Positions 19,707-30,461 of a stretch of 64,000 nucleotides of DNA are shown one piece after another. The position numbers were made by a program, and so were the translations under genes. The stretch covers positions 128,001-192,000 of the forward strand of contig CAVQSP010000013.1 in NCBI GenBank assembly GCA_963715985.1. The letters are read 5' to 3'. The notes below the pieces were generated by a model. The model saw only the letters and a list, made by a program, of their open reading frames with translations. It did not search any database and was not told the DNA's origin. Every line of letters starts with the position of its first letter. The first letter of the stretch is position 1. The DNA is from an uncultured Thermoleophilia bacterium (GTDB taxonomy: Bacteria; Actinomycetota; Thermoleophilia; UBA2241).

Positions 19707-22700
19707 GTGGTGAGAGCGAACGAGCGGACAAGCGGACTTCTGAGCGTGACCGAGGCGGCGACCGAGCTCGGCGTCAGCGCGGCCACCCTCCGCCGGGCGT
19801 GCGACGCCGGCGCCGTGGCCTGCCGGCGCAGCCCGGGGGGGCACCGGCGCTTCGCCCGCGACGACCTGCGGGGCCTGTCCCGCGACAGGGTGCTGCGTGC
19901 CGGCCGTGACGGCAACCCGGCGGAACGCGAGGTGCTGCGCGCGCTGGCCGACCTCGGCGAGGCCGTGAGCCGCTGGCGCGACGTGGACGAGACTGCTCCG
20001 CTCGGTCGCGGGCCTGATGCTCTCGGCGACAGGCGCGGTGACCTGCGACATCTTCAAGCTCGAGGAAGAGGGCGTGCACCGCTGCCTGGTGAGCCTGGAC
20101 AGGACCGGGCCCGACGAGGCCGCCACAGGGTCGGTCCTGCGGACCGAGGTGTACGCCAACGCCGGGCAGGCGATCGCCACGCAGACGGCGGTGGTCGTGG
20201 AGGACCGCAGCCATCCCTCCCTGACGGCCGAGGACATCGCCGTGTACGACGAGTACGGGTTCGAGTCCGAGGTGCTCGTCCCCCTCATCGTCGAGGACCG
20301 CGTGGTCGGCCTCGTCAACCTGTACTCCGACCGTCCGAACGGCTTCGCCTCCTCGCTGGAGTACCTGCGCGGCGCCGGCCACGTCGTCGCCGGCGCTCTC
20401 GAGAAGGCTCTGCTGCTCGCGGCGCTCGAGGACCGCGACCGCATCATGCTCGAGCTCCTCGAGATCGCCGGCCTGCTGGCGCAGACCCACGACGTGGAGG
20501 AGCTCCTGCGGTCGGTGGCGTTGCGGCTGCTGGCGGCCGTGCACGCCTCCCACTGCGACATCTACCGGCGCGACGCGGCGGGCTACGTGTGCGTTGTGAG
20601 CGCCGGCCGCGACGGCTTCCTGGACTGGTACGAGGGTGAGCGCCTGGGCCCTGCCGCCAGCCCGTCGAGCATCGAAGGCGCTGGCGGAGAACAGGCCTCT
20701 CGTCGTGGTGGACGTGGCGGGATCCGACCTCACGGACGCCGAGAAGGAGGTGCTTCTCCGGCAGGACATCGCCAGCGAGTTCGGCATCCCGCTGGTCGCC
20801 AGCGACCAGAGTGTCGGGTTCATCGACCTCTTCGACACGAGGCCGCGCGACTGGCGTGAGTGCACCGAGTTCGCCGTGGCCGCGGGACAGCTGATCGCCG
20901 GCACCCTGCAGAACGCGGCCCTCTTCGGCGACCTGCAGCGCAGCAACAGGGAGACGGAACTGCTGAACGAGATCGCCCGGCGCACCGCGGCCAGCCTCGA
21001 CCTCGGCGAGATCGTAGAGGCCGCCGTGGCCAGCCTCGCGCGCCTCGCCCCGATCGCCACGTACAGCTTGGCCCTGCTCGAGGACGGCGAGTTCCGCGTG
21101 GTATACGGGTCGCAGAAGCGGCGGCGGTCGGTACCGGGCGATGACTGCGCCGCCGTCGACGATGGGTTGCTCGACAAGCTGCGCAACGAACGGGTCATCG
21201 TGGCCGACGCGCCTTCCGGACGCGATGGGCTTGCCGGGCATCGCGCCGTGGCCGGCAACGCGTCCAGGGTGGACATCGCTCTCTTCGAACAGCACATCCT
21301 CATCGGCGTGCTGATGATAGGCAGCGAGACACCGGGCGCGTTCTCCGCCCTGGGACGCGGCGTCTTCGAAGGCATCGGCACCCATCTCTCCCTGGCGGCC
21401 AACAACGCGCGCCTCTACCAGGAGATCAAGACCCTGCACTTGAGCAACCTGATGGGGCTCTCCACGGCGCTGAACGCGAAGGACTACTACACGCTCGGCC
21501 ATGCCGCGCGGGTGGCCGCCTACATCGTCCTGCTGGGCGACGAGCTCGGGATGGGACTCCGAGTGGACCGAGCGCGTGCGCGAGGCGGCCTACCTTCACG
21601 ACATCGGCAAGATCGGCGTGTCCGACCGCGTCCTGTTGAAGCAGGGCCAGCTGAACAAGGAGGAGTGGGAGCTGATGCGGCAGCACCCCGTGGTGAGTGC
21701 CGAGATCATCAAGCCGCTCTTCGCTCCCGATCTCGTGGCCGCCGTCCGCCATCACCACGAGCGGTTCGAAGGCGGCGGGTATCCGACCGGAATGGCCGGC
21801 GACGACATCCCCGAGCTCGCTCGAGCCCTGTGCGTCGTCGATTCCTATGACGCCATGTCTCTGCAGCGCCCGTACCGCAACGCTCTCGAGGCGGACGAGT
21901 GCGTGGAGGAGCTCAAGCACTGCCGGGGCTCGCAATTCGACCCGCGGATGACCGATGCCTTTCTGCGCGTCCTCGAGCGGCTCACCGCGCTTCGCGCGCG
22001 GGCGCAGAGCGCCGCCGCCGAGGCGGCGGCGCGCATCGACCCGCTGCGGCACGCGCGTCTCCGCGTGCTCGCCGACGAGGCGCGGCCGGAGTACGCCGAG
22101 GTGCGGGAGGTGCTCCGCGAGGTGCGTGACGCGCACCCGGAGGTCCGCTTCCTGACCACGGGGGCGCTGATGGATGGACAGAGCGTGATCGTCGTGGACG
22201 CCGAGGACTACGACTCCGAGGACCGCTCACCCTTGGGCGAGGAGATCATGGCCGACGACGCTCTCCTGCAGGTGCTCTCCGGCCGGCCGCTGCTGTCCAA
22301 CGTGCTCTTCGTGGACAACTTCGGCGTCTGGGTCAACGGCGTCGTGCCCCTGTGCGGCGACGATGGGCAGATCCTCGCCGCCGTGGTCGCCGACGTGCCG
22401 GCCCTGCCGTCCGGTGGCGCGAAGGGCTTCGCGCGCATGACCACCGAGACCCCGGTCTCCACACTGCAGGAGGCGGCGGTGCGCCTGAGCCGCGCCGAGA
22501 TCGAGTCGATCACCGACGGCCTCACCGGCCTCTACAACCATCGCTATCTGCACGAACGTCTCAGCGAAGAGCTGCGCCGCGCGCGCCAGGAGTCGTCCGG
22601 TCTCTCGCTGCTGTTCTGCGACCTGGACTTCTTCAAAACGTTCAACGACCGTCTGGGCCACGCGGCCGGGGACGAGGCGTTGCGCGCCACGGCGCGCATC

Positions 22701-22994
22701 ATCGAGGGGTGCACGCGCCGCGCCGACCTCGCCGCCCGATACGGCGGCGAGGAGTTCGTCGTCGTGCTGCCGGGGACCAGCGAGAAGGAGGCCCAGGAGA
22801 TCGCCGGCCGCATCCGCACGACGGTCGCGGCGCATCACCGCGACGGCGGCGGCCTCACGATAAGCATCGGCGTGGCCGCGTTCCCCGCGGCGGCCGAGAC
22901 CAAGGAGGCGCTGCTCGAGGCCGCCGACCGTGCCCTGTACATGGCCAAGCGGCTCGGGCGCGACCGCGTGGAGGTGGCGGCGCGCAGCCGCTGA
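19707..22994 (+). CDS. HTH (MerR/excisionase-like)-GAFx3-HD-GYP-Cache-like-GGDEF signalling protein; frameshifts near 20000, 20650 and 21550
   Basis: LLSVTEAATELGVSAATLRR...RSPGGHRRF; YLHDIGKIG, HHHERFEGGGYP; RRADLAARYGGEEF. Pieces from ORFs 19413, 20017, 20636 and 21501 join in order. Confidence 0.8.
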
Positions 22995-23038
22995 GGAGTG
23001 AAGGCGCGGCCGGCGACGTGTGCGCGCCGCGCCGCGCA

Positions 23039-24139
23039 TCACCCGGTGTGCATGAAGTTGATCACGTCGCCGTCCTGGACGACGTACTCCTTGCCCTCGG
23101 TGCGCAGAAGTGCCTTCTCGCGGGCCGCGTGGAACGAGCGCAGCTCGATCAGGTCCCCGATGCTCACCACCTGGGCGCGCACGAACCCGTGCTCGATGTC
23201 GCTGTGGATGCGGCCGGCGGCCTGCTTGGCCGTCCAGCCGCGGGGCAGTTGCCAGGCGCGCGACTCGCTGCTGCGGAAGTCGCCGGTGAAGAAGGTGATG
23301 TACCCGAGCGCCTCGTAGGCGGCGCGGATGAGCACATCCACGGCGCCCGCGGCTTCGCCGCCGAGCTCATTGCGGAAGAGCGCAGCCTCCTCCTCCTCGA
23401 GGTCGGCGAGCTCGGCCTCGAGGCGCGCGGCGACGGCGACCACCTGGTCGCCCCGGCCGCGCGCCCACTCCACGAACCCGGTGAACTCGGCGAGCACGAC
23501 GTCGCCGCCGGCATCGTCGTCGGTGTTGAGGACGAAGAGCACCGGACGGTCGCTGACGAGTGCCAGCTCGCGGAACAGGGGCCCCTCCTCCGGCGCGCGC
23601 TCGAAGGCGCGCGCCAGACTGCCCTCCAGCAGGCTTGCGTGCAGCTTCTCCAGCACGGCCAGCTCGTGTTGCGCCGCCTTGTCGCCGCTGCGCGCCGCTT
23701 TGCGCGTCTTGTCCAGGCGGCGCTCGACCAGCTCGAGGTCGCTCAGCACCAGCTCCGTCTCCACCAGCTCGACGTCGGCCAGTGGGTCCGCGCCCTCGCG
23801 CACGTGCGCGACCTCGGGGTTGCCGAACACGCGCACCACGTGCGCCACGGCGTCGACGCCGCGGATGTCGGAGAGGAACCTGTTGCCCAGTCCCTCGCCG
23901 CGGCTGGCGCCCTCCGCGAGGCCGGCGATGTCCACCACATCGATGGTCGCGTTGACCTTCTTGGGCGTCTCGAGGACTTCATCGAGCTCGTCCAGGCGGG
24001 GGTCCGGCACGGCGACCACGCCCATGTTGGACTCCGCCGACGTGTACGCGTACGCGGTCGCCGCCGCGTGCCCATGGGTGAGCGCGTTGAAGAGGGTCGT
24101 CTTGCCCACGTTGGGCAGACCGACGATGCCGAGTTTCAC
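23039..24139 (-). CDS. ychF: Redox-regulated ATPase YchF
   Basis: GIVGLPNVGKTTLFNALT, DIAGL, GEGLGNRFL, AAGRIHSD, EGKEYVVQDGD. Confidence 0.93.
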   Translation of the reverse strand: MKLGIVGLPNVGKTTLFNALTHGHAAATAYAYTSAESNMGVVAVPDPRLDELDEVLETPKKVNATIDVVDIAGLAEGASRGEGLGNRFLSDIRGVDAVAHVVRVFGNPEVAHVREGADPLADVELVETELVLSDLELVERRLDKTRKAARSGDKAAQHELAVLEKLHASLLEGSLARAFERAPEEGPLFRELALVSDRPVLFVLNTDDDAGGDVVLAEFTGFVEWARGRGDQVVAVAARLEAELADLEEEEAALFRNELGGEAAGAVDVLIRAAYEALGYITFFTGDFRSSESRAWQLPRGWTAKQAAGRIHSDIEHGFVRAQVVSIGDLIELRSFHAAREKALLRTEGKEYVVQDGDVINFMHTG

Positions 24140-25149
24140 GGGGTCTTCTCCAGTTTGCTGGTGAGCAGGGTCTCGAGCAGACGCGTGAGCTGTGCGAGCT
24201 GCTTCCTCACGCGCCCCGGGTAGCGGCCGTCGATGAAGGCCACGGTGTCCCTGGCGGTGTGCCACAGCTCTCCGGCAGCGGCGGTCGCGGTCCTGCCGTC
24301 GCCCTTGCCGGCGGTCCAGTTGGTGGACGTGAAGACCGCCGTGGCGATGCCGTTGAGCGCGAAGGGGTCGTCGTCGCTGGGCGACCACGTGATGCCGGCG
24401 GGCCGGCCCTTGCCCGCGGGGCTGGACTCGAGAGGGATGCCCAGGCTCTTGGCCGCCGAGAGCGCGTCGTCGCGTAGCCACGCCGGGCTGCCGTATCTGC
24501 TGGTGACGCTGATGAAGTCCCCGCCTGCCGGCGCGTCGAGGTCGATCATGCCGATGGTCGCCTTCTTCTGTACGGCACTCATCGTCTTCACGTAGTAGCG
24601 CGAGCCGACCAGGCCCTTCTCCTCGGCGCCGAACGCCACGAAGACGACGGTGTACGGCGTGGGCTGCGACTTGATCCGGGCCGCCGTCTCCAGCAGCAGG
24701 CCGATGCCCGTGGCGTTGTCGCTGTAGCCCTGGCCCACGGGAGCCGAGTCGTAGTGGGCGCCCACGATCAGCTGCTTGGCCGAGTCCCCCTCCTTGACTG
24801 CGAAGATGTTGGCGGAGTGCACCTGGCCGCCCTTGCCGGGGGCGATGAACTCCTGCAGGCGGGGGAAGAAGCCGTACTGCTGGAAGGCGTCGTAGATGGC
24901 CTCGCGAGCGCGGATCTCGCCCCAGGTGTCGGCGACGCGGTGCGGCACAGTCTGGGCAAGCGTTCTGGCGGTGACGGCGGCCACCGAGCCGTACGCGGAG
25001 GACGTGACGGCGGCCGAGGGGCGGCCGGCCTTGGTGGCCGTCTCGGAACAGCCGCCGAACGCGCCGGCGGCCGCCACGCCGACGGCTACGACCAGCGCCG
25101 CCGCCACGGCGATGGCCAGCCACGCACCGCGGGTGCGCAGGGCGGTCAC
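24136..25149 (-). CDS. M28 family metallopeptidase, exported
   Basis: GAHYDS, DNATG, AEEKG, WHTARDT; N-terminal hydrophobic signal. Confidence 0.85.
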   Translation of the reverse strand: MTALRTRGAWLAIAVAAALVVAVGVAAAGAFGGCSETATKAGRPSAAVTSSAYGSVAAVTARTLAQTVPHRVADTWGEIRAREAIYDAFQQYGFFPRLQEFIAPGKGGQVHSANIFAVKEGDSAKQLIVGAHYDSAPVGQGYSDNATGIGLLLETAARIKSQPTPYTVVFVAFGAEEKGLVGSRYYVKTMSAVQKKATIGMIDLDAPAGGDFISVTSRYGSPAWLRDDALSAAKSLGIPLESSPAGKGRPAGITWSPSDDDPFALNGIATAVFTSTNWTAGKGDGRTATAAAGELWHTARDTVAFIDGRYPGRVRKQLAQLTRLLETLLTSKLEKTP

Positions 25150-25150
25150 C

Positions 25151-25738
25151 TCAGAACCCCACCGGGACGAGCAGGACCCAGAGGCCGCCGAACAGCAGGC
25201 CGTATGCGAGCCCGCCCAGCACGTCGCCCAGGTAGTGCACGCCGAGGTACACGCGGCTGAAACACAGGACGGCAGTGAGTGCGATGAGCCAGGGCAGCGC
25301 CCAGGGGTAGAGCGCAGCCAGAGTGAACGTGGCCACGATGGACATGCTCGCGTGCGACGAGGGGAACGACTTGCTGTGCGGCAACGGGATCTGTCGCGGC
25401 TGGTCCGGGTCGGCCACGGGCGGGCGCTGGCGGGCCACGAAGTGCTTGATGACGAAGCCGGTGGCCTCCACCAGCGTCACCGGCACGGCCACGTAGAGCG
25501 CCGTGCGGAGCGGGTCCGGTTCCCCGAACAGCCAGGGGAGGAGCGCGACCACGTACCAGAGGATGCCGTAGTTGGCGGTCAGCGACAGCGCGCCCAGCGG
25601 CAGCGTGAACCAGCGCGGGTGCGGCCATGCGACGGCGGCACGACGCGACAGGGATCGGTCGAGGCGGTCGAGGCGGCCGGAGGAGGGAGTCGGCACGGCG
25701 TCTGTGGAGCCGGGGGCGAGGGGCATCGGAATCGTCAT
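25151..25738 (-). CDS. PAP2 family phosphatase
   Basis: KHFVARQRP, SFPSSHA, SRVYLGVHY motifs. Confidence 0.9.
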   Translation of the reverse strand: MTIPMPLAPGSTDAVPTPSSGRLDRLDRSLSRRAAVAWPHPRWFTLPLGALSLTANYGILWYVVALLPWLFGEPDPLRTALYVAVPVTLVEATGFVIKHFVARQRPPVADPDQPRQIPLPHSKSFPSSHASMSIVATFTLAALYPWALPWLIALTAVLCFSRVYLGVHYLGDVLGGLAYGLLFGGLWVLLVPVGF

Positions 25739-25789
25739 TCAGTATACTATCCCCCTGTTCCCGCCCACCCCGCCGCGAGGATGGTCCCC

Positions 25790-26065
25790 ATGCGCACCAC
25801 GGTCATCGTCACCGCGCTCGGCCCGGACGGCCACGGCCTTCTGGCCACGGTGGCGACCACCGTCGCCGACTGCAACGCCAACATCGACGACGTCAGCCAG
25901 ACCGTGGCCAACGGCATGTTCACCATGATCATGTTCGTCTCGTTCGACGAGACCGAGACGACCATGGCCGACCTCAAGGCCGCCCTCGAGGCGACCGGTG
26001 AGCGCATCGGGCTGCAGATCCACGTGCAGCACGAGAACATCTTCAAGTTCATGCACCGCATCTGA
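25790..26065 (+). CDS. ACT domain protein (UPF0237)
   Basis: VIVTALGPD, NIDDVSQT, FTMIM, QHENIFKFMHRI; paired with the next gene. Confidence 0.9.
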   Translation: MRTTVIVTALGPDGHGLLATVATTVADCNANIDDVSQTVANGMFTMIMFVSFDETETTMADLKAALEATGERIGLQIHVQHENIFKFMHRI

Positions 26066-26117
26066 GGCCGGCGGCGGGGCCCCGCGGGCCCGCCGGCCCA
26101 TCCGCCGGGGAGGCGCA

Positions 26118-27482
26118 GTGGTCTTCATCACCGAGCAGGAGATCCTCGAGACCGTCAACATGATCCGGTCCGAGAACCTGGACGTGCGCGCGGTCACGAT
26201 GGGCATCTCTCTCGACGACTGCTCGGAGCGTGACCCGCGACGCACCGCGGAGCGCATCCACGCCAAGATCGTGCAACGCGCGGGGCGGCTGGTGGCCGTG
26301 GCCGATCAGCTCGAGGAGAAGTACGGCATCCCCATCGTCAACAAGCGCGTCTCGCTCACGCCCATCGCCGGGGTGGTGGGCAGTGACGACCCCGCCGCCT
26401 ACGTCGAGGTGGCGCGCGCCCTGGACGTCGCCGCCGAGGAGATCGGCATCGACTTCGTCGGCGGCTTCAGCGCCCTGGTGCAGAAGGGCTTCACGCGCGG
26501 CGACGCGGCGCTGATCGAGGCCATCCCCGTCGCCATCAGCGGCACGCGACGGGTGTGCTCGTCCGTCAACGTGGCGTCCACGCGCGCCGGCATCAACATG
26601 GACGCCGTCGTGCGCATGGCGGACGTCATCAAGGCGCTCTCCACGCTCACCGCCGCGGACGACTGCATCGGCTGCGCCAAGCTGGTGGTGTTCTGCAACG
26701 TACCTGAGGACAACCCGTTCATGGCGGGCGCGCTGCACGGCAGCGGTGAGCCTGAGGTGAGCGTCAATGTGGCCATCTCCGGCCCCGGCGTGGTGCGCAA
26801 CGCCGTGGAGCAGAACCCCGGGGCGTCGCTGATAGAGCTCGCCGACCTCATCAAGCGCACCACGTTCAAGATCACGCGTGTCGGCGAGCTGGTGGCCCGC
26901 GAGGCCTCTCAGATGCTCAACGCGCAGATGGGCATCATCGACCTTTCGCTGGCGCCGACGCCGGCCGTCGGCGACTCCATCGCCGAGATCCTCGAGAGCA
27001 TGGGCCTGGGGCAGGTCGGCGCCCCCGGTACCACGGCCGCCCTCGCCATGCTGAACGACGCGGTGAAGAAGGGCGGCACGATGGCGACCTCCTCCACCGG
27101 CGGGCTCTCCGGCGCCTTCATCCCCGTCAGCGAGGACGCCGCCATGGCCAGGGCCGCGGCCGACGGCGTCCTCAGTGTGGAGAAGCTGGAGGCCATGACC
27201 GCGGTGTGTTCGCTCGGCCTGGACATGATCATGGTGCCGGGCGACATCTCGCGCAACGCACTCGCCGGCATGATCGCGGACGTCATGGCCATCGGCATGA
27301 TCAATTCCAAGACCACGGGCGCGCGGCTCATCCCGGCCTACGGCAAGAAGGTGGGCGACTGGGTCAACCTGGGCGGCCTCTTCGGTGCCGGGCCCGTGAT
27401 GGCGGTCAGTCAGGCCGGCAACGACGCGTTCATGGAGCGCGGCGGGCGCATCCCGGCTCCTCTGCAGAGCCTCACCAACTAG
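26118..27482 (+). CDS. PFL-like family protein (UPF0210/DUF711)
   Basis: ENLDVRAVTMGISL, GIPIVNKRVS, EDNPFMAGA, GGLSGAFIPVSED, GGRIPAP. Confidence 0.92.
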   Translation: MVFITEQEILETVNMIRSENLDVRAVTMGISLDDCSERDPRRTAERIHAKIVQRAGRLVAVADQLEEKYGIPIVNKRVSLTPIAGVVGSDDPAAYVEVARALDVAAEEIGIDFVGGFSALVQKGFTRGDAALIEAIPVAISGTRRVCSSVNVASTRAGINMDAVVRMADVIKALSTLTAADDCIGCAKLVVFCNVPEDNPFMAGALHGSGEPEVSVNVAISGPGVVRNAVEQNPGASLIELADLIKRTTFKITRVGELVAREASQMLNAQMGIIDLSLAPTPAVGDSIAEILESMGLGQVGAPGTTAALAMLNDAVKKGGTMATSSTGGLSGAFIPVSEDAAMARAAADGVLSVEKLEAMTAVCSLGLDMIMVPGDISRNALAGMIADVMAIGMINSKTTGARLIPAYGKKVGDWVNLGGLFGAGPVMAVSQAGNDAFMERGGRIPAPLQSLTN

Positions 27483-27518
27483 AGGGGCCGCCGTCGTTCC
27501 GCCGGGTGCCCGCGCCCC

Positions 27519-28330
27519 TCAGCGCTGCAGCACGCCACAGGTCTCAGTCGAAGGACTCGTGCGGTGGGGCCGAGGGCGGATGGGGCCGCCGGTGCGGTCC
27601 TCGATCATCGTGTGGATGGCGGCCGCGGACTCCTGCATCCCGAGCGCGCGCGAGATCTTCTCGGCCTCGGTGAGCTGCAGCACCGCGTCGATGGTCTGGC
27701 CCTGCTCGCGGTAGCGGGTCGCCTGGTCGATCTCGAACTTGACCAGGTCCATGAGCATGTGCCGGACCTCCGGGTCGTCGACATCGATGACCTTGCTGCT
27801 CGTGGTGACGATGATGTCCGAGAGCGGTACCTTGCGACTCGCCGCGGCGTGCTCGGGCGTCGCGACGGCCGGCATCTCCTCGGTGGTGGTGCCGGCGTCC
27901 GGCTCCGGCCCCGACGGCACTGCGACGGCCTCCGTGGCGGGCGCGGGTGGTTGTGGCTCCGGGACGACGGGCTCGACCGGCGGGGCCGACGTCGCGGCGA
28001 AATCAGAAGCGGGTTGTGGCGGCGGCGGGCCCCAGTCGAGGCTCAGCGGGCCGTCCGGCTCAGCGGTCGCGACGGCGCGGGCACGGCCGCGGCCGGATCG
28101 CGCAGCGCGCGCGTGCCCTCCGGGTCGAGCGTGACGTCTTCCATCGGCTGCTCCGCCTTGCCGAGGGCGGCGAGCGTGTCCTGTGGGGCGGCGTCGAGGA
28201 AGGAGGCGTCGGGCTGCTCCGCCGGCGCTCCGCCGGCGGAGCCACGGCGCCTGGTCACCAGCAGGGCGACGATGAGCAGCACGACGACGGCCGCCGCGAC
28301 GGCGATGCCCACGATCTGCACGGTGGTCAT
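27519..28330 (-). CDS. Hypothetical protein with N-terminal TM, Pro/Ala-rich linker and helical C-terminus; frameshifts
   Basis: ORFs 28043-28330 and 27519-27920 are joined by a low-complexity linker; exact 3' end uncertain. Confidence 0.6.
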
Positions 28331-28427
28331 GGTCCCTGGGTCCCTTGCGTGGTCATGAGTGCCTTGTCGCTAGATGTTCGCCTGCATGCCGGGCATTCCT
28401 CGCCGCCGGCGACGATACAATGGCGGC

Positions 28428-29463
28428 GTGATCGATCCACGCGATATCGCCGCTGCTGCCGCCGAGCTGGGGGTGCCTGCATACCGTACTCGCCAGGTGT
28501 ACGAGGCGCTCACCCGAGGCCTCGTCACGGATCTCGGCCAGATTACCACGCTCCCCCTCGGCCTGAGGAGTGCCCTGGCCACCCGGCTCACACCGGTTTC
28601 GTTGTCGCCGGTGGAGACGTTTCGCGCTCCTCGCGACGCCGCGCACAAGACGCTGTTCAGCGCGGCTGACGGCGAGCCGGTCGAAGCGGTGCTCATGAAG
28701 TACCCCAAGCGGGCCACCGTGTGTGTCTCTTCGCAGGTCGGATGCGCGGTGGGGTGCGTCTTCTGCGCCTCGGGCCGTCTCGGCCTGCGCCGTGACCTGA
28801 GCGCGGAGGAGATGGTCGACCAGGTGCTGCACTTCGCGCGCGTCCTCCGCGACGACGGGCGGAGCGTCACCAACGTGGTGTTCATGGGCATGGGTGAGCC
28901 GTTCCACAACTACGACGAGACCCTGCGCGCCTGCCGGCTGCTCAACGATCCCGACGGGATTCGCGCTCGGAGCCCGATCGATCGCCGTGTCCACGGTAGG
29001 AGTGGTGCCGGGCATCGACAGGTTCGCCGAGGAGCCGCTGCAGCTGCACCTCGCGGTGAGCCTGCACGCAGCGACCGACGCGCTGCGCGACACGCTCGTG
29101 CCGCTGAATCGCACGTACCCGCTGGACGAGGTCTTCGGCGCGTGCGCCCGGTACGTGCGCCGCACGCGCCGCAAGGTGCTCTTCGAGTACGTCGTCCTGG
29201 AGGGCGTCAACGACACCGACGAGCAGGTGCAGATGCTGTCCGCGCGGGTGCGCCCGCCGCACTTCCACCTCAACCTGATCGCCTACAACGAGACCGGCGG
29301 CGGCGAGTTCCGGCGGCCGCAGGCCGCGCGGCTCGCCGCCCTGCACGAGCGTCTCGTGGCGGCCGGGGTGAGCTGCACGCTGCGGCGGTCGCCGGGCGGC
29401 GAGATCGAGGCCGCGTGCGGCCAGCTCGCCCTGAGGGCGCGCGGCGGGGCGCCTCAGGCCTGA
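28428..29463 (+). CDS. rlmN: 23S rRNA m2A2503 methyltransferase RlmN; frameshift near 28960; probably leaderless
   Basis: CVSSQVGCAVGCVFCASG, MGMGEP, SLHA, FEY, AACGQL; TACAAT at 28416-28421 just before the GTG. Confidence 0.9.
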
Positions 29464-30413
29464 GGCCAGGCGGCGCGCAGCGCCGCCGCAGCCGTTGCCG
29501 GGTCGGCGGCCACGAGCGCGATGTCCGTGCCCAGCTCGAAGCCGGCGATGCCGGACAGGCGCGGCGCCACCTCGAGATGCCAGTGGAAGGGGCCGCGCAG
29601 CTCGGCCGGGGCCGTGTGCAGCCAGAAGTTGAGGGGCGCGCCGCCCGTCGCGGTGTGCACCGCGACCAGGGCGCGCCCCAGCGCGGCGGCCAGCGGCGCG
29701 AGGTCCGCGTCGCGCACGTCGGCCTCGTGCACCCGCGGCGCCAGCCAGAGCTCGTGCGAGAAGCGCATCGCCGCCGGCACCCACGCGGCCACCTCGCCAC
29801 CGTGCACCAGCCGCGCTCCTGCGGTCTCCAGTTCGTTGCACAGCACGCAGCCGCCATAGCGGTTGCGGAAGCGCTCGAACTCCGCCAGCTCGTCGAGCAG
29901 CAAGGGCGGTACCACCGGCGTCGCGAACAGCTGCGCGTGCGGGTGGGGCTGTGAGGCACCGGCACCGGCACCGCGGTTGTAGATGAGCGTGGCCGCGGCG
30001 GCGCCGTCCGCGAGTTGCCAGGCGATGCGCCGCCGCCACATCTCGAGCACCTCGAGCAGCGAGGCTTCGTCGAGGTCCTCGACCTCCACGTCGTGCCCCG
30101 GAGAGTGCACGACGACCTCGTGCCGGCCGGCGAGCGCGGGATACTTGTTGGGGACCACCCGTATGCGCCAGCCGGGAGAGTCCGCCGGGCCACCGCCCGG
30201 GCGCACGGCGTCCACCTCGGGCGGGGTCAGCCCCTCGTTGCCGGCGCAGAACGGGCACGGCTGGGCTGCCGCCGGGGCGGCACCTGCAGCCTGCGTCCGC
30301 CTCGCTCGCGCCGGCGCGTCGATGGCCAGCTTGCCGTTGACGGGGTTGCGGCTGAGGTGGCCGCCGGGCGCCCCGGGATCGTCTCCGGGCGGGCGTTCTT
30401 CTCGACCTGTCAC
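29454..30413 (-). CDS. galT: Galactose-1-phosphate uridylyltransferase family
   Basis: CPFCAGNE, RVVPNKYP, GASQPHPHAQ, HWHLE, AGFELGT. Confidence 0.88.
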   Translation of the reverse strand: MTGREERPPGDDPGAPGGHLSRNPVNGKLAIDAPARARRTQAAGAAPAAAQPCPFCAGNEGLTPPEVDAVRPGGGPADSPGWRIRVVPNKYPALAGRHEVVVHSPGHDVEVEDLDEASLLEVLEMWRRRIAWQLADGAAAATLIYNRGAGAGASQPHPHAQLFATPVVPPLLLDELAEFERFRNRYGGCVLCNELETAGARLVHGGEVAAWVPAAMRFSHELWLAPRVHEADVRDADLAPLAAALGRALVAVHTATGGAPLNFWLHTAPAELRGPFHWHLEVAPRLSGIAGFELGTDIALVAADPATAAAALRAAWPQA

Positions 30414-30461
30414 GTCACCGTCCTCGCTCGCGCTGCCTCGCGGCCCCGTCGGGGGCAGAGG

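Noticed and set aside
23039-25123. 694-aa extended YchF
   Set aside because: The extension is an alternate frame of the M28 peptidase gene; YchF starts at GTG 24139.
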